A DNA stretch of 64,000 nucleotides, taken from the IMG/VR virus record IMGVR_UViG_3300002460_000027; one strand, written 5' to 3'. A model generated the notes under the pieces. That model searched no databases and was not told the DNA's origin. It saw nothing but the letters and a program-made list of their open reading frames with translations. A program made the translations under genes and the position numbers. Numbering within the stretch: position 1 is the first letter of the stretch; each line of letters starts with the position of its first letter. This document shows positions 25,251 to 34,334 of the stretch, in pieces. Source of the stretch: a virus.

Positions 25251-26216
25251 ATGGCAGACGAACAGAAGCCGAAACTGTGGCAGGTCACGCCGGTCTGCGC
25301 CGACGTGGAGATTCGAGACCGGAGCGGGGCGCAGGTGGTCGTTACCCCCCGGCGCAAGAAGGTGGCCTTGGTCGGGTTCGCCACGAACACGCTGCATCAG
25401 GTGCCGTGGGACGACCCGACGTTCGAGGTGTGGGGGATGAACCAGGGCCACATGAACTTCCCCCGCCGGGCTGACCGCTGGTTCGAGATGCATAGCCCGG
25501 AGTTCACGGCCGACATGCGGGACCCGAACTACATCCCGTGGCTGTCGGCGCTCGACATCCCGGTGTACATGATCGAGGTGCGGGACGAGTACCCGACCTC
25601 TTGCCGGTATCCCATCGAGGATGCCATCCGGTACGCGGGCCGGGACTACTTCACCAGCACGGTCGCGTTCATGCTGGCCCTGGCCGCGATGGAAGACTTC
25701 GAGGAGATCCACCTGTACGGGATCAACCTCGCCATCGCTGACGAATACTTCTACGAGAAGCCCTGCGCGGAGTGGTGGCTGGGGTTCCTCGCCGGCCGTG
25801 GCATCAAGATCTTCGTGCCGCACGCCTCCTCGCTGCTCAAACAGTACCTGCGCTACGGGTATTTCGTGGACGCCCGGCCGAACGCGAACTTGCGGACGCT
25901 GCTTCACTCCCGGGTCGCGTCCTACCGACATCAGTGCGAGCAGGACACGGCGAACGTGAACTACTGGAACGGCCGGGCCCAGTTGTGTGTTGAGATCGAC
26001 AAGGAACGGGATGACAAAGACTTGGCCGAGTACCTCCAGCCCAAGATGACCGATGCCGAGGGCAAGCGGGCGGAGGCGACCAATAACTTCCACATCCACC
26101 GGGGCCAGTGGGCGGAGGCCGAGAGCCTCGTGCAGATTGCGGAAGGGATCGAGCACGGGGCCGATCTCGTGCTGATGCCGAACCCGACACCTCCGGCGGC
26201 CACGTCGTCCACATGA
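25251..26216 (+). CDS. CstII (GT42)/Maf-like putative CMP-nonulosonate glycosyltransferase
   Basis: KKVALVG, EVWGMNQ, FTSTVAFMLALA, EEIHLYGINL, IKIFVPHASSLL follow the CstII motif order as recalled from memory; not searched. Confidence 0.55.
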   Translation: MADEQKPKLWQVTPVCADVEIRDRSGAQVVVTPRRKKVALVGFATNTLHQVPWDDPTFEVWGMNQGHMNFPRRADRWFEMHSPEFTADMRDPNYIPWLSALDIPVYMIEVRDEYPTSCRYPIEDAIRYAGRDYFTSTVAFMLALAAMEDFEEIHLYGINLAIADEYFYEKPCAEWWLGFLAGRGIKIFVPHASSLLKQYLRYGYFVDARPNANLRTLLHSRVASYRHQCEQDTANVNYWNGRAQLCVEIDKERDDKDLAEYLQPKMTDAEGKRAEATNNFHIHRGQWAEAESLVQIAEGIEHGADLVLMPNPTPPAATSST

Positions 26217-26395
26217 CCGAAGACCAAGCGGTCGAGCAGTACGAAACGGTAGACGAGGAGGTCAACACCATCCACACCTGCTGGTGGTGCAGCCGCCCGG
26301 ACATGATCCTGCGCGACCCGCGCCAGCTCCCCAACGGCTCCGTCTTCTCGTACTGTCCCGAATGCGGCGGGACGTACATCGTCCGCACGCTTTGA
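26213..26395 (+). CDS. small zinc-ribbon protein
   Basis: CWWC...CPECG; ATGA coupling. Confidence 0.6.
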   Translation: MTEDQAVEQYETVDEEVNTIHTCWWCSRPDMILRDPRQLPNGSVFSYCPECGGTYIVRTL

Positions 26396-26499
26396 TGCTT
26401 CCACGACTCGCCGTGTCGGGTGGTGACCCGCCGGCGGTGGCCTCCCCTTCCATCGCCACGCTGCCCGGCCCGGCGGGATTTTCCCCCAAGGAGACGTAG

Positions 26500-26895
26500 A
26501 TGCCGTATCAAGTGCGCGACCTGAACATCCTCACCAACTCAAGCGGGAGTTCGGTTACAACCATTGGGATTGGTAATTTGGACGATGCCCACGCCATCAC
26601 AATCTACTTGTCAACGGCAAATAACATCCTGTCCTCCCTCGTCAGCGTTGAGGTGTCTCAGTTCGACCCGGCGGTGGCGTTTCCGGTGACTGGCGTGGGG
26701 ACACAATCCAGCGCATGGTATCCGCTTCACTTCGACGTCAACATCGGCTCAACGATCTTCCCAGTTCTAACATCTGGGCTTGGGGCCGTGACGATCTACC
26801 CCGTCGGCTTCCGTGGTATCCGGCTGCGGACCTCAGCCAACTCGATCACAACCGGAACGACCATCGCGTTCGCCACCAAGCAGATCCTCGTCTAA
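26500..26895 (+). CDS. Ser/Thr-rich putative virion protein
   Basis: SD AAGGAG; beta-rich composition. Confidence 0.6.
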   Translation: MPYQVRDLNILTNSSGSSVTTIGIGNLDDAHAITIYLSTANNILSSLVSVEVSQFDPAVAFPVTGVGTQSSAWYPLHFDVNIGSTIFPVLTSGLGAVTIYPVGFRGIRLRTSANSITTGTTIAFATKQILV

Positions 26896-26905
26896 AGGAG
26901 CCCTG

Positions 26906-27214
26906 ATGGCCACCTACACCACCGACATCGCCTACCAAGACCTTACCCTCCCCCCAGGCTCTCCGGGGGTGTCGCGGTACGTCTTCACCCTCACGGACGC
27001 GGCGGGGCAGGCGGTGGGTGAGCCTATCGCGGCTGATCCGCCGGGCCCGGCCTCGCTGGAGTTCTCCCTGGGCCCGGGGATGTACACCCTGCACGGACAG
27101 GCGCTTGACGCCTCGGGTGGGCACGTCGGCCCGCAAATAGACTCCGACGTGCTGACGATCCTTCCTGACATGATCGTCCGTGTCGTGGCCACTATCACCT
27201 GGAGAAAGGTCTAA
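26906..27214 (+). CDS. putative virion protein (Ig/FN3-like)
   Basis: SD AAGGAG; beta-strand pattern. Confidence 0.5.
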   Translation: MATYTTDIAYQDLTLPPGSPGVSRYVFTLTDAAGQAVGEPIAADPPGPASLEFSLGPGMYTLHGQALDASGGHVGPQIDSDVLTILPDMIVRVVATITWRKV

Positions 27215-27215
27215 C

Positions 27216-27683
27216 ATGGCGTTCTTCTACGACCTCAACTTCGCCTTCACCTCGAATGGCACCGCGAACACCGAAACGGACCACATGCGGCTGCTGACCG
27301 TGGCCAACCAGGAGACGTGCCGGATCGTGGGGCTCTACGGCGCGTCCCGGTTTGGCACGGCGGGCGGCGCGCAGCTCCGCGTCAAGACTTTCGCCACGGC
27401 CTCGACGGCCGGGTCTTCACAGACGCCGGCCAAGCGGCACCCCTCGTACCCGGCGGCCGGCACGACCGCGCTGACGGGCCCGACGGTCGGGGCCACGCCC
27501 ACGGTTCGGCTGACGGTCGGCATGGCGCAGACCGGCGGCATGGGCGGCTGGGTTGCGCTAGAGCCCAGCGCGGCCATCGCGCTCCTCGCTAACGCGGGGG
27601 CTAACGGCAACGCGGACGTGTTCAGCATCGCCACCTCCACATCGGTCACAGGCGACTTCACGGTCGAGATCACCGAAGGCTAG
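27216..27683 (+). CDS. Thr/Ala/Gly-rich putative virion protein
   Basis: Composition and position. Confidence 0.6.
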   Translation: MAFFYDLNFAFTSNGTANTETDHMRLLTVANQETCRIVGLYGASRFGTAGGAQLRVKTFATASTAGSSQTPAKRHPSYPAAGTTALTGPTVGATPTVRLTVGMAQTGGMGGWVALEPSAAIALLANAGANGNADVFSIATSTSVTGDFTVEITEG

Positions 27684-27689
27684 GCTCCC

Positions 27690-27956
27690 ATGTCGGGCGA
27701 CCCGGAAGCGCCGGGTTTCCTCTGGGAGGGAATCCCCGACAGTCGCGTCAAGGGACCACTCCGCTCGCGAACGACCTTCACGGGCCCTGGTGGCAAGCTG
27801 TTCGAGCGGGTCTACTGCGCGAACTGTGGCGGGGACGGGGGCGCGATCCTCGCCTCGTGGTCTCCCCACGTGTTCTACCTCTGTGACCCGTGCGCCCAAA
27901 CGCACGGGAACCTGCCCCTCCCGCAACTCCCCGACGAACTCGTCCGAGGCCTGTAA
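27690..27956 (+). CDS. small zinc-finger protein
   Basis: YCANCG...LCDPC. Confidence 0.55.
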   Translation: MSGDPEAPGFLWEGIPDSRVKGPLRSRTTFTGPGGKLFERVYCANCGGDGGAILASWSPHVFYLCDPCAQTHGNLPLPQLPDELVRGL

Positions 27957-30650
27957 ATGCCGTACCTCGTCGCTGACAACCTGTACACGGCCCAGAGTGC
28001 TCTTGCCGACGCGGCCAACCCAGGCGGTCAGGGCGGCCGGCCACCCAACTCTGGGTTTGGGCGTTCAACGGTCTACATGCCGAACGTAGATCGGGTCTAC
28101 ATGACGCCGATAGACGGGACGTTCGGCTACGAGAACTCTTCGTGGTCGTATGACATCGACAACCGCCAGTGGACCCGCAAGCGCCCGAACCCTGGGGCCG
28201 GAATCCAGGCGGACCTCAACAACATCCACGACTACTTCGGCCCGGCGTGGGGTGACAACCAGATGGTGGTCTACAACCCTGACACGGGTACTGTCTGGCG
28301 CTGGGGTGGGAACTTTGGGGATAACTCAAACCCTGGTTCTCAGATTGACGGCGCGTGGTTCTTCTACGGGAACTCTGTCAACACCCCAGCCGGGGTGTAC
28401 ATCTACGAGCCCGTTGGGAACACGTGGACCAAGCCGGGCACGACTGGGATGCAAAGCGACTCCAACGCACGGTTCCTGTCCTCTGGTTGTGGCTGGGACC
28501 CGACCATCAGCAAGTTCCTCCAAGTGCTTGGAGAAAAGGGGAACGGAGGGATGCCGTGCGTCGTGGGGGAGATTGATCCCTCCACAGGTCCTGGGGGCAC
28601 GTATACGGCGTTCAGTTTTGCTGGCGATGGGGTCACCAGCCCAGTCGGCCGAAACAACATCTCCTACCAGTTCGTCTACCATACCCGAGCCAAGAAGTGG
28701 ATTCTCTTCGGGGGATGCTTCAGCAACTACACGCAGTATTTCAGCGATACGTGGATGTACGACGCCCCCACCCGGACGTGGACAAACCTGAACCCAACCG
28801 GAAGCCCGCCCGCTCGCGCCTTCGGGCTCATGTGGTACGACTCCAATAACAATGTGATCCTCATCACGGCCGGAGAAAGCCCGCCCGGCCACATCATGCG
28901 GACAGACACGTGGGAGTATTCCCTGGAGTACAACACGTGGAAGCTGCATCCTGGGGTCTTCGACCGTGGGTGTGCCAACGGGACGCCAGGGAACAACTCT
29001 GGGGGAGTCATCTTCGATGCCACGCGTAACATCGCGGTGTTCACCCCGCCTATCGGGACCGCAACCGGACGCGACGTCTACACCTTCCGGTACGCGATCC
29101 CCCGCTTGACCGCGACCAAGAACCAGTGGTACGGGATCAAGATGCCGACCAACTGGGCCGTCGGGATTGCCCACTCGGACAAGCACGCGACCATCGCGTA
29201 CAGTCCGGTGCATCGGCGCTGCTACGTGAACGGGGGCGACTTCTACGGGCAGGGTTCGTATCTCCAGTTCACGCACTCTCTGGACCTGCTGGCTAGGTTT
29301 GCAGACCCAACCAACCTCACGGCGGGGTGGGTGCTGGAACACGATAAGTGTGCGCTGACGAGTGAAGCGATCCCCAAGAAGCCCGACTTCGTGGGCTGGA
29401 CGTGGGACCCGTCTCGAAACAAGTTCTGGTTTGTGCCCGGAGAGCAGGTGCCAGGCACTGTCAATGACTGCTCTGGAGAGACTGGCGCATTCGGTGATGA
29501 CCCGCAGTATTACTACCACCACCACATGCTCTTTGACCCCGCCACCAAGCGGTGGTCTGATGTGGTGCTCAACCCGTCCATCGACTTTCCCGGCAATGAG
29601 GGCCCCTGGATGTCGGTCGTGGACCCCATCCGGCAAAAGATCATCCGGCTAGAGCACAATAGCCCGACGTTTCGGATTGAGGAGTTTGACATCAACCCGG
29701 CCTCAGCAGGCTACCTGACGTGGACGAAGTTCAATGCGTCGGGAGCCACGATGAGCAGCACGGGGATTCAGAAGCAACCGTGGACGTTTGACCCGACCCG
29801 GCGGGTGATCTACGGTGGCAATCGCTTCAACATGGGCTTTGTGAAGATCGACTACGTGGCCCACACAGCGATAAGTTTGGGCACGTTGCCTGGAACCTCA
29901 TTCGGTGGGCCAGAAGACAACGCCTATATGTGCTTCGACTGGAATGCTCGGATGCTGTACTACGTCGAGCGGCGAACGGGCGCAAACCCGCTGGGGGGTT
30001 CCGACATCGCCGGGCGCGTGTGGCGGTGGGACGTGGACGCCACGAGCCCCACGTGGGTCGAGATCACCGCGCTCCCGATGGTATCGGTGGGGGGAGAGGC
30101 GATCCCGAACATCCCCTACGACCCGGCCCGCCCCGACCCGAACCTGGGTAGCGACGACTCGATCCCGCACGCTACGTCGCTCTGCTTCGACCCGGACAAC
30201 AACGGAGTCTGGTTCTTCGGAGCCAAGCAGGAAGGCACGCTCTACTACGCCGATCAGTACAGTTACTTTCTGCGCGGGATTGATATGGGGGCTGGGTCGG
30301 TCAGCGGAGACACGACACCCCCGACCGTCACAATCACCTCTCCGACCAGTGACCCAACCTACCCAACCGACCTCTCGTCCATCGTTCTTGGCGGCTCCGC
30401 TACCGACAACGTGGGAGTCACGTCGGTCGTGTGGCAGAACCAGACGACGGGGACCAACGGGTCAGCGACGGGAACGACCAGTTGGACCACATCGGCCATC
30501 TCGCTCAACGACGGGCCAAACGTGTTGATTGTGACCGCGTTCGACGCGGCGGGGAACTCTGGGACTGACACGATCACAGTCACCCTCAGCGTTGGTACAG
30601 GCGCTCGGGGCCCTGGGATCTTCCAGATTCGCTGGCAGGTGTGGGGTTAG
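27957..30650 (+). CDS. large Kelch-like beta-propeller protein with C-terminal Ig-like domain (putative receptor-binding/tailspike)
   Basis: WILFGG...DTWMYDAPTRTWTNL, DTWEYSLEYNTWK, FDPATKRWS; DTTPPTVTITSPT...LNDGPNVLIVTAFDAAGNSGTDTITV. Confidence 0.7.
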   Translation: MPYLVADNLYTAQSALADAANPGGQGGRPPNSGFGRSTVYMPNVDRVYMTPIDGTFGYENSSWSYDIDNRQWTRKRPNPGAGIQADLNNIHDYFGPAWGDNQMVVYNPDTGTVWRWGGNFGDNSNPGSQIDGAWFFYGNSVNTPAGVYIYEPVGNTWTKPGTTGMQSDSNARFLSSGCGWDPTISKFLQVLGEKGNGGMPCVVGEIDPSTGPGGTYTAFSFAGDGVTSPVGRNNISYQFVYHTRAKKWILFGGCFSNYTQYFSDTWMYDAPTRTWTNLNPTGSPPARAFGLMWYDSNNNVILITAGESPPGHIMRTDTWEYSLEYNTWKLHPGVFDRGCANGTPGNNSGGVIFDATRNIAVFTPPIGTATGRDVYTFRYAIPRLTATKNQWYGIKMPTNWAVGIAHSDKHATIAYSPVHRRCYVNGGDFYGQGSYLQFTHSLDLLARFADPTNLTAGWVLEHDKCALTSEAIPKKPDFVGWTWDPSRNKFWFVPGEQVPGTVNDCSGETGAFGDDPQYYYHHHMLFDPATKRWSDVVLNPSIDFPGNEGPWMSVVDPIRQKIIRLEHNSPTFRIEEFDINPASAGYLTWTKFNASGATMSSTGIQKQPWTFDPTRRVIYGGNRFNMGFVKIDYVAHTAISLGTLPGTSFGGPEDNAYMCFDWNARMLYYVERRTGANPLGGSDIAGRVWRWDVDATSPTWVEITALPMVSVGGEAIPNIPYDPARPDPNLGSDDSIPHATSLCFDPDNNGVWFFGAKQEGTLYYADQYSYFLRGIDMGAGSVSGDTTPPTVTITSPTSDPTYPTDLSSIVLGGSATDNVGVTSVVWQNQTTGTNGSATGTTSWTTSAISLNDGPNVLIVTAFDAAGNSGTDTITVTLSVGTGARGPGIFQIRWQVWG

Positions 30651-30653
30651 GTA

Positions 30654-31373
30654 ATGGCAATTACCCAATTCTCCCTCACGACCGGGCAAAGTGGTGTAGA
30701 TGTCAACAGCGCGACGACGGCCTCCTTCACCCCAACAGCCAATCGGCTCGTCCTTGTTGCGGTGTCGAATCGGGCTACCTCTGGAACGACAAACGCGGCG
30801 TCGTTGAGCGGGAACGGATTGACGTGGGTGCAGGTACTTGGGTCAAACTGGGCTGATAGCCCAAGCCATCGGATTTCCGTGTTTCGGGCGATGGGAGACC
30901 CGCCGTCAAGCGGCACGCTCTCGATCACGTTCGCTGGGCAGACGCAATCCAGGATCGCGTGGTCCATTATGGAGTTTGCTGGTATTGACACTAGCGGCAC
31001 GAATGGGTCTGGGGCAATTGTCCAAAGCAACGCGACTGGCACGTACCCCGGTACAGCGGCCTCGACAACATTGGGAGTTGCGCCGGATACGAGTAGTGCA
31101 ACCTACGGGGTCTCGTCGTATGTAACCACTGCCTCGACCACTACGGCGGGTTCGGGATTTACGGAAATTGACGAGCAATCGTCGGCTCAGGGCGTAGGTT
31201 TGTCAACTGAATGGCGAGCGGACGCCGTTCAAACAATCAACGCCACGAATACCGCCAACGTGAACAACATCATGGCTGGGATTGAAATCAAAGTGGCCGG
31301 GGCTGCTGCCACTGGTGTTTCTGGCGCTGGGCACTCCGTCTTCCGCCTCCCGAGACGTCAATGGAGTTACTAG
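30654..31373 (+). CDS. Ser/Thr-rich putative virion/fibre protein
   Basis: TASFTPTANRLVLVAV pattern; composition. Confidence 0.6.
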   Translation: MAITQFSLTTGQSGVDVNSATTASFTPTANRLVLVAVSNRATSGTTNAASLSGNGLTWVQVLGSNWADSPSHRISVFRAMGDPPSSGTLSITFAGQTQSRIAWSIMEFAGIDTSGTNGSGAIVQSNATGTYPGTAASTTLGVAPDTSSATYGVSSYVTTASTTTAGSGFTEIDEQSSAQGVGLSTEWRADAVQTINATNTANVNNIMAGIEIKVAGAAATGVSGAGHSVFRLPRRQWSY

Positions 31374-32177
31374 GTGCCGACAGATGAGATCTCCGTTGGC
31401 GGCTATCACCCCGTTGGCTGGCAGGACCGAACGGCTGGGGTGGCTCATGTCCAGGGGCTTCGGTATCGGGCTGCTCATGACACGGACACGGTGGTTACGT
31501 CATCTTCGGCCGAGGTTGACGAGTCGTTGGCCAGCCGGTCTGTGTCACCGTGGAAGGACCGACGCGCTGGGTGGGTCCACGTTCGCTTGGGATGGCATAC
31601 CGCTTATGACGACAATGTGGTGGTCACGACATCCGAGGCTGCCGCAGAAGACAACCGGGAGTGGCGGGTGCAAGCCCGGCCGATTCGGGGGTGGCGTGGG
31701 CCATACCTCTTCCACCCAGCCTACGACACCGATACGGTGGTCACAACGTCTGGAACAGCGTTGGACGAGTCTCTGGCTGGCTATCAGTTTGTGGGTTGGC
31801 AGGACCGGGTGGTTGGACGGGCTCAGACCATGTACAACTTGGCTTCGGGCGCTCTGGACGAGACCTCTGCAGTCATCCCGAGTCCCGACCCGTCGATCTG
31901 GGTGGTGGCCTACCACGTGCCCAAGCCGCCCATCCGGTCCATCACCCAGACACTGTTCGGCTATGACCAAGCCCAGACCTTTGAGGCCCCAGCAGAGACC
32001 AACCCCCACAGCAACATCGCGGGTGTGTGGCATCCTGGGCAGTTTGACCCGCGTGCCGGCATGATCCAGTACCTCTCCCCGACGATGCCGAGCACCTCGG
32101 GGGCCGGTAAGGGTGCGTTCCGCAAGCTCATCAACGTCGTTGATGGTCGGGAGATCGTGGATGTGGATCTGGGTTAG
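31374..32177 (+). CDS. putative virion protein with internal repeats
   Basis: AHDTDTVVTSS / AYDDNVVVTTS / AYDTDTVVTTS; VGWQDR twice. Confidence 0.6.
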   Translation: MPTDEISVGGYHPVGWQDRTAGVAHVQGLRYRAAHDTDTVVTSSSAEVDESLASRSVSPWKDRRAGWVHVRLGWHTAYDDNVVVTTSEAAAEDNREWRVQARPIRGWRGPYLFHPAYDTDTVVTTSGTALDESLAGYQFVGWQDRVVGRAQTMYNLASGALDETSAVIPSPDPSIWVVAYHVPKPPIRSITQTLFGYDQAQTFEAPAETNPHSNIAGVWHPGQFDPRAGMIQYLSPTMPSTSGAGKGAFRKLINVVDGREIVDVDLG

Positions 32178-32333
32178 GCTGCTCTGGAGCCGGCTGCGGG
32201 CGTGGTGGGCCCCGGTTCCGGTCGTGACCGCTGAGATCGTTGCCGACGCGGTGGTGGAAGTGGCATACATCTCCCCCACCCGCGCCATGCACGAGATCAC
32301 CCGCTGTGACATCTGCGTCCGTGAGGTTCGGTA

Positions 32334-32666
32334 ATGTCTGGTTACCATACGCTCAACTGCCAAGCCATCCTGATGACCACGGGCGGCACACCGAGCACGG
32401 GAAACGCCGTCTTCACGCTGGAGGACACCTACGCCCTTGGCATCACGGCCCCTGCGGCGCTCAACGGCACGATGACGGTCTATGTCGAGCCCACGTCCAG
32501 CGGGACGGGGTACACCTCGCTCCTGTCTGGGGGCGCGGTCATCACGCTGACGGCGGGCCAAGCCATCGTGGTGAGCCCGTTTCCGTATAAGCAGTTGACG
32601 CTGGTAGGGTCGGTAGAGGAAGCCACCCCGCGCACGTTCCTCGTGACTCGGACGGTCTTGGTATGA
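32334..32666 (+). CDS. Thr-rich putative virion protein
   Basis: TAATG coupling; composition. Confidence 0.55.
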   Translation: MSGYHTLNCQAILMTTGGTPSTGNAVFTLEDTYALGITAPAALNGTMTVYVEPTSSGTGYTSLLSGGAVITLTAGQAIVVSPFPYKQLTLVGSVEEATPRTFLVTRTVLV

Positions 32667-34147
32667 GTACCCACGAAACCCAGTTCACCGTTCACCCGGC
32701 GCTCGGCGGGCTGGATATCGCCAGCGACCCGACGGTGCTTGACCCCAACTTCCTGACTATCGCAGACAACATCGAATACCGGGAAGGCGGGCAGCGGAAG
32801 AAGCGGCCAGGGTTCCGCGTGTACTCCACGGCGATGGTGACTAACTCAGCGTCCACGGCAGCCGGGTCGATCATGGTCAGCACGGGGGCGACGGTGCGGG
32901 CTGTCACAGACTACTGGCGGTACGGAGCCTCGCTCACACCCACACAGGAGTACGTGTCAGTCACCGGGGCCAGCATCTTCAAGTCCACGGGGCCGTCTGG
33001 GACGTGGGCAGCGATCACCGCCACCTCCTCGTTCGGCTCGGACAGTAACGTCACCACGAATCTCGTTCGGGCTGGGGACAAGATCGTCGTGTCAGACGCT
33101 GTGACTCAGCCCATCGCGTATGATGGCACCTCGCTCGTCGCCGCGACGACCGGGTCACTCTGGCCCGTGTTCACCGCCGGGAAGTACCACTTGAACCGGC
33201 TGTTCTTCTACGGGCTCTCGACCGCTCCGTCCCAGATCAACTACACCGCCGCCAACAACATCTTCGACAGCACGGGAACGGACTCTGGCTCGTTCACCGT
33301 GAACGTGGGCGACGGGGACCAGATCGTGGGGGTCAGTCAGCCGTTCTACGCCTCACTCTACGTCTTCAAGGGCCCGCAGTTCGGGAGCGTCTACCAACTC
33401 TCAGGAGCCACGCCGTCCACATTTGCGATGGCCCAGGTGGCGACGGGTGCGCCGCTCCTCAACAACAACGCGCTCATCACGACACCCACGGACGTCTACT
33501 GGCTCTCGGCCTACGGGGTCCACTCGCTCCAGACTACGGTGAAGTTCGGCAACGTGGAGGAGGCGTTCCTGTCACTCCCCATCCAGCGGCTGTGGCGGGA
33601 CGGCGTGATCCGGCGTTCCCATCTCGACCATGCGTGGGGGTTCTGGCACCCGACTCGGAACATCGTGGGGTGGTGTGTGCATCCGACGGGGGAGCTGACC
33701 CATCACTGGCTCCTCTGCTACAACTACGCGCTCTCTGACCCCAAGCCTGGCGGCAAGAAGTTCTGGTCCATCTGGAAGACGACGGGTGGGGATCATATCT
33801 CCGGTGCGGTCATGCTGATGGGGGCTGCTGACACGGCACACACGGGTGACCCGCATCTCTTCCTCGGGACGTCCGTAGGGCAGGTCTGGGACGGAGACCA
33901 GGACGCGAGCGATTCGGGGCTGAACGACGCTGGGGCTGCCTACACGGCAACGATCCGCACCCCGATCATCACCCGGTTCAAGAGTGACCGTGGCGTGGCG
34001 GCGGAGACCGCTGAGAAGTCCTTTGCCGGGGTCGTCACATACTTCAACCCCAAGGGGGCCTACTCGGCCAACCTGACGGCCATCATCGACCGGCGCTCAC
34101 AGGCGACCACCGTGTCGCTGGCTGGCAAGGGAGATCCTCTTGGCTGA
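32663..34147 (+). CDS. tail nozzle/head-stabilisation protein (P22 gp10/T7 gp12-like), C-terminus in a separate frame
   Basis: LGGLD...ADNIEY...KRPG, HLNRLF, GDGDQIVG, LYVFK, propeller-like repeats. Confidence 0.7.
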   Translation: MSTHETQFTVHPALGGLDIASDPTVLDPNFLTIADNIEYREGGQRKKRPGFRVYSTAMVTNSASTAAGSIMVSTGATVRAVTDYWRYGASLTPTQEYVSVTGASIFKSTGPSGTWAAITATSSFGSDSNVTTNLVRAGDKIVVSDAVTQPIAYDGTSLVAATTGSLWPVFTAGKYHLNRLFFYGLSTAPSQINYTAANNIFDSTGTDSGSFTVNVGDGDQIVGVSQPFYASLYVFKGPQFGSVYQLSGATPSTFAMAQVATGAPLLNNNALITTPTDVYWLSAYGVHSLQTTVKFGNVEEAFLSLPIQRLWRDGVIRRSHLDHAWGFWHPTRNIVGWCVHPTGELTHHWLLCYNYALSDPKPGGKKFWSIWKTTGGDHISGAVMLMGAADTAHTGDPHLFLGTSVGQVWDGDQDASDSGLNDAGAAYTATIRTPIITRFKSDRGVAAETAEKSFAGVVTYFNPKGAYSANLTAIIDRRSQATTVSLAGKGDPLG

Positions 34148-34334
34148 TTTCACCCTTGATACCTCGACACTCGGCGGCTCGGACTTCGACTACGCCGAGA
34201 ACCCGGAGCTGACCGACCGGGGGCGCAGCATCCAACTCCAGTGGGATCAGGGCGGGGCAAACCAGGACTTGGAGTTGTTCGGGTACAGCGTGCGGTATAC
34301 GCCGGCTGAAGAAACCCCGAAGGAGAACGTGTAA
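34140..34334 (+). CDS. probable C-terminal segment of the nozzle protein (+1 frame)
   Basis: FTLDTSTLGG...GRSIQLQW...DLELFGYSVRY resembles a nozzle C-terminus; TTG start with AAGGGAG SD. Confidence 0.55.
   Translation: MADFTLDTSTLGGSDFDYAENPELTDRGRSIQLQWDQGGANQDLELFGYSVRYTPAEETPKENV

Noticed and set aside
28326-29636. 436-aa minus-strand ORF (likewise 17963-19042, 25227-26156, 31545-32561, 6621-7469, 3403-4284)
   Set aside because: Antisense shadows of well-supported genes in high-GC DNA; no motifs or SD.
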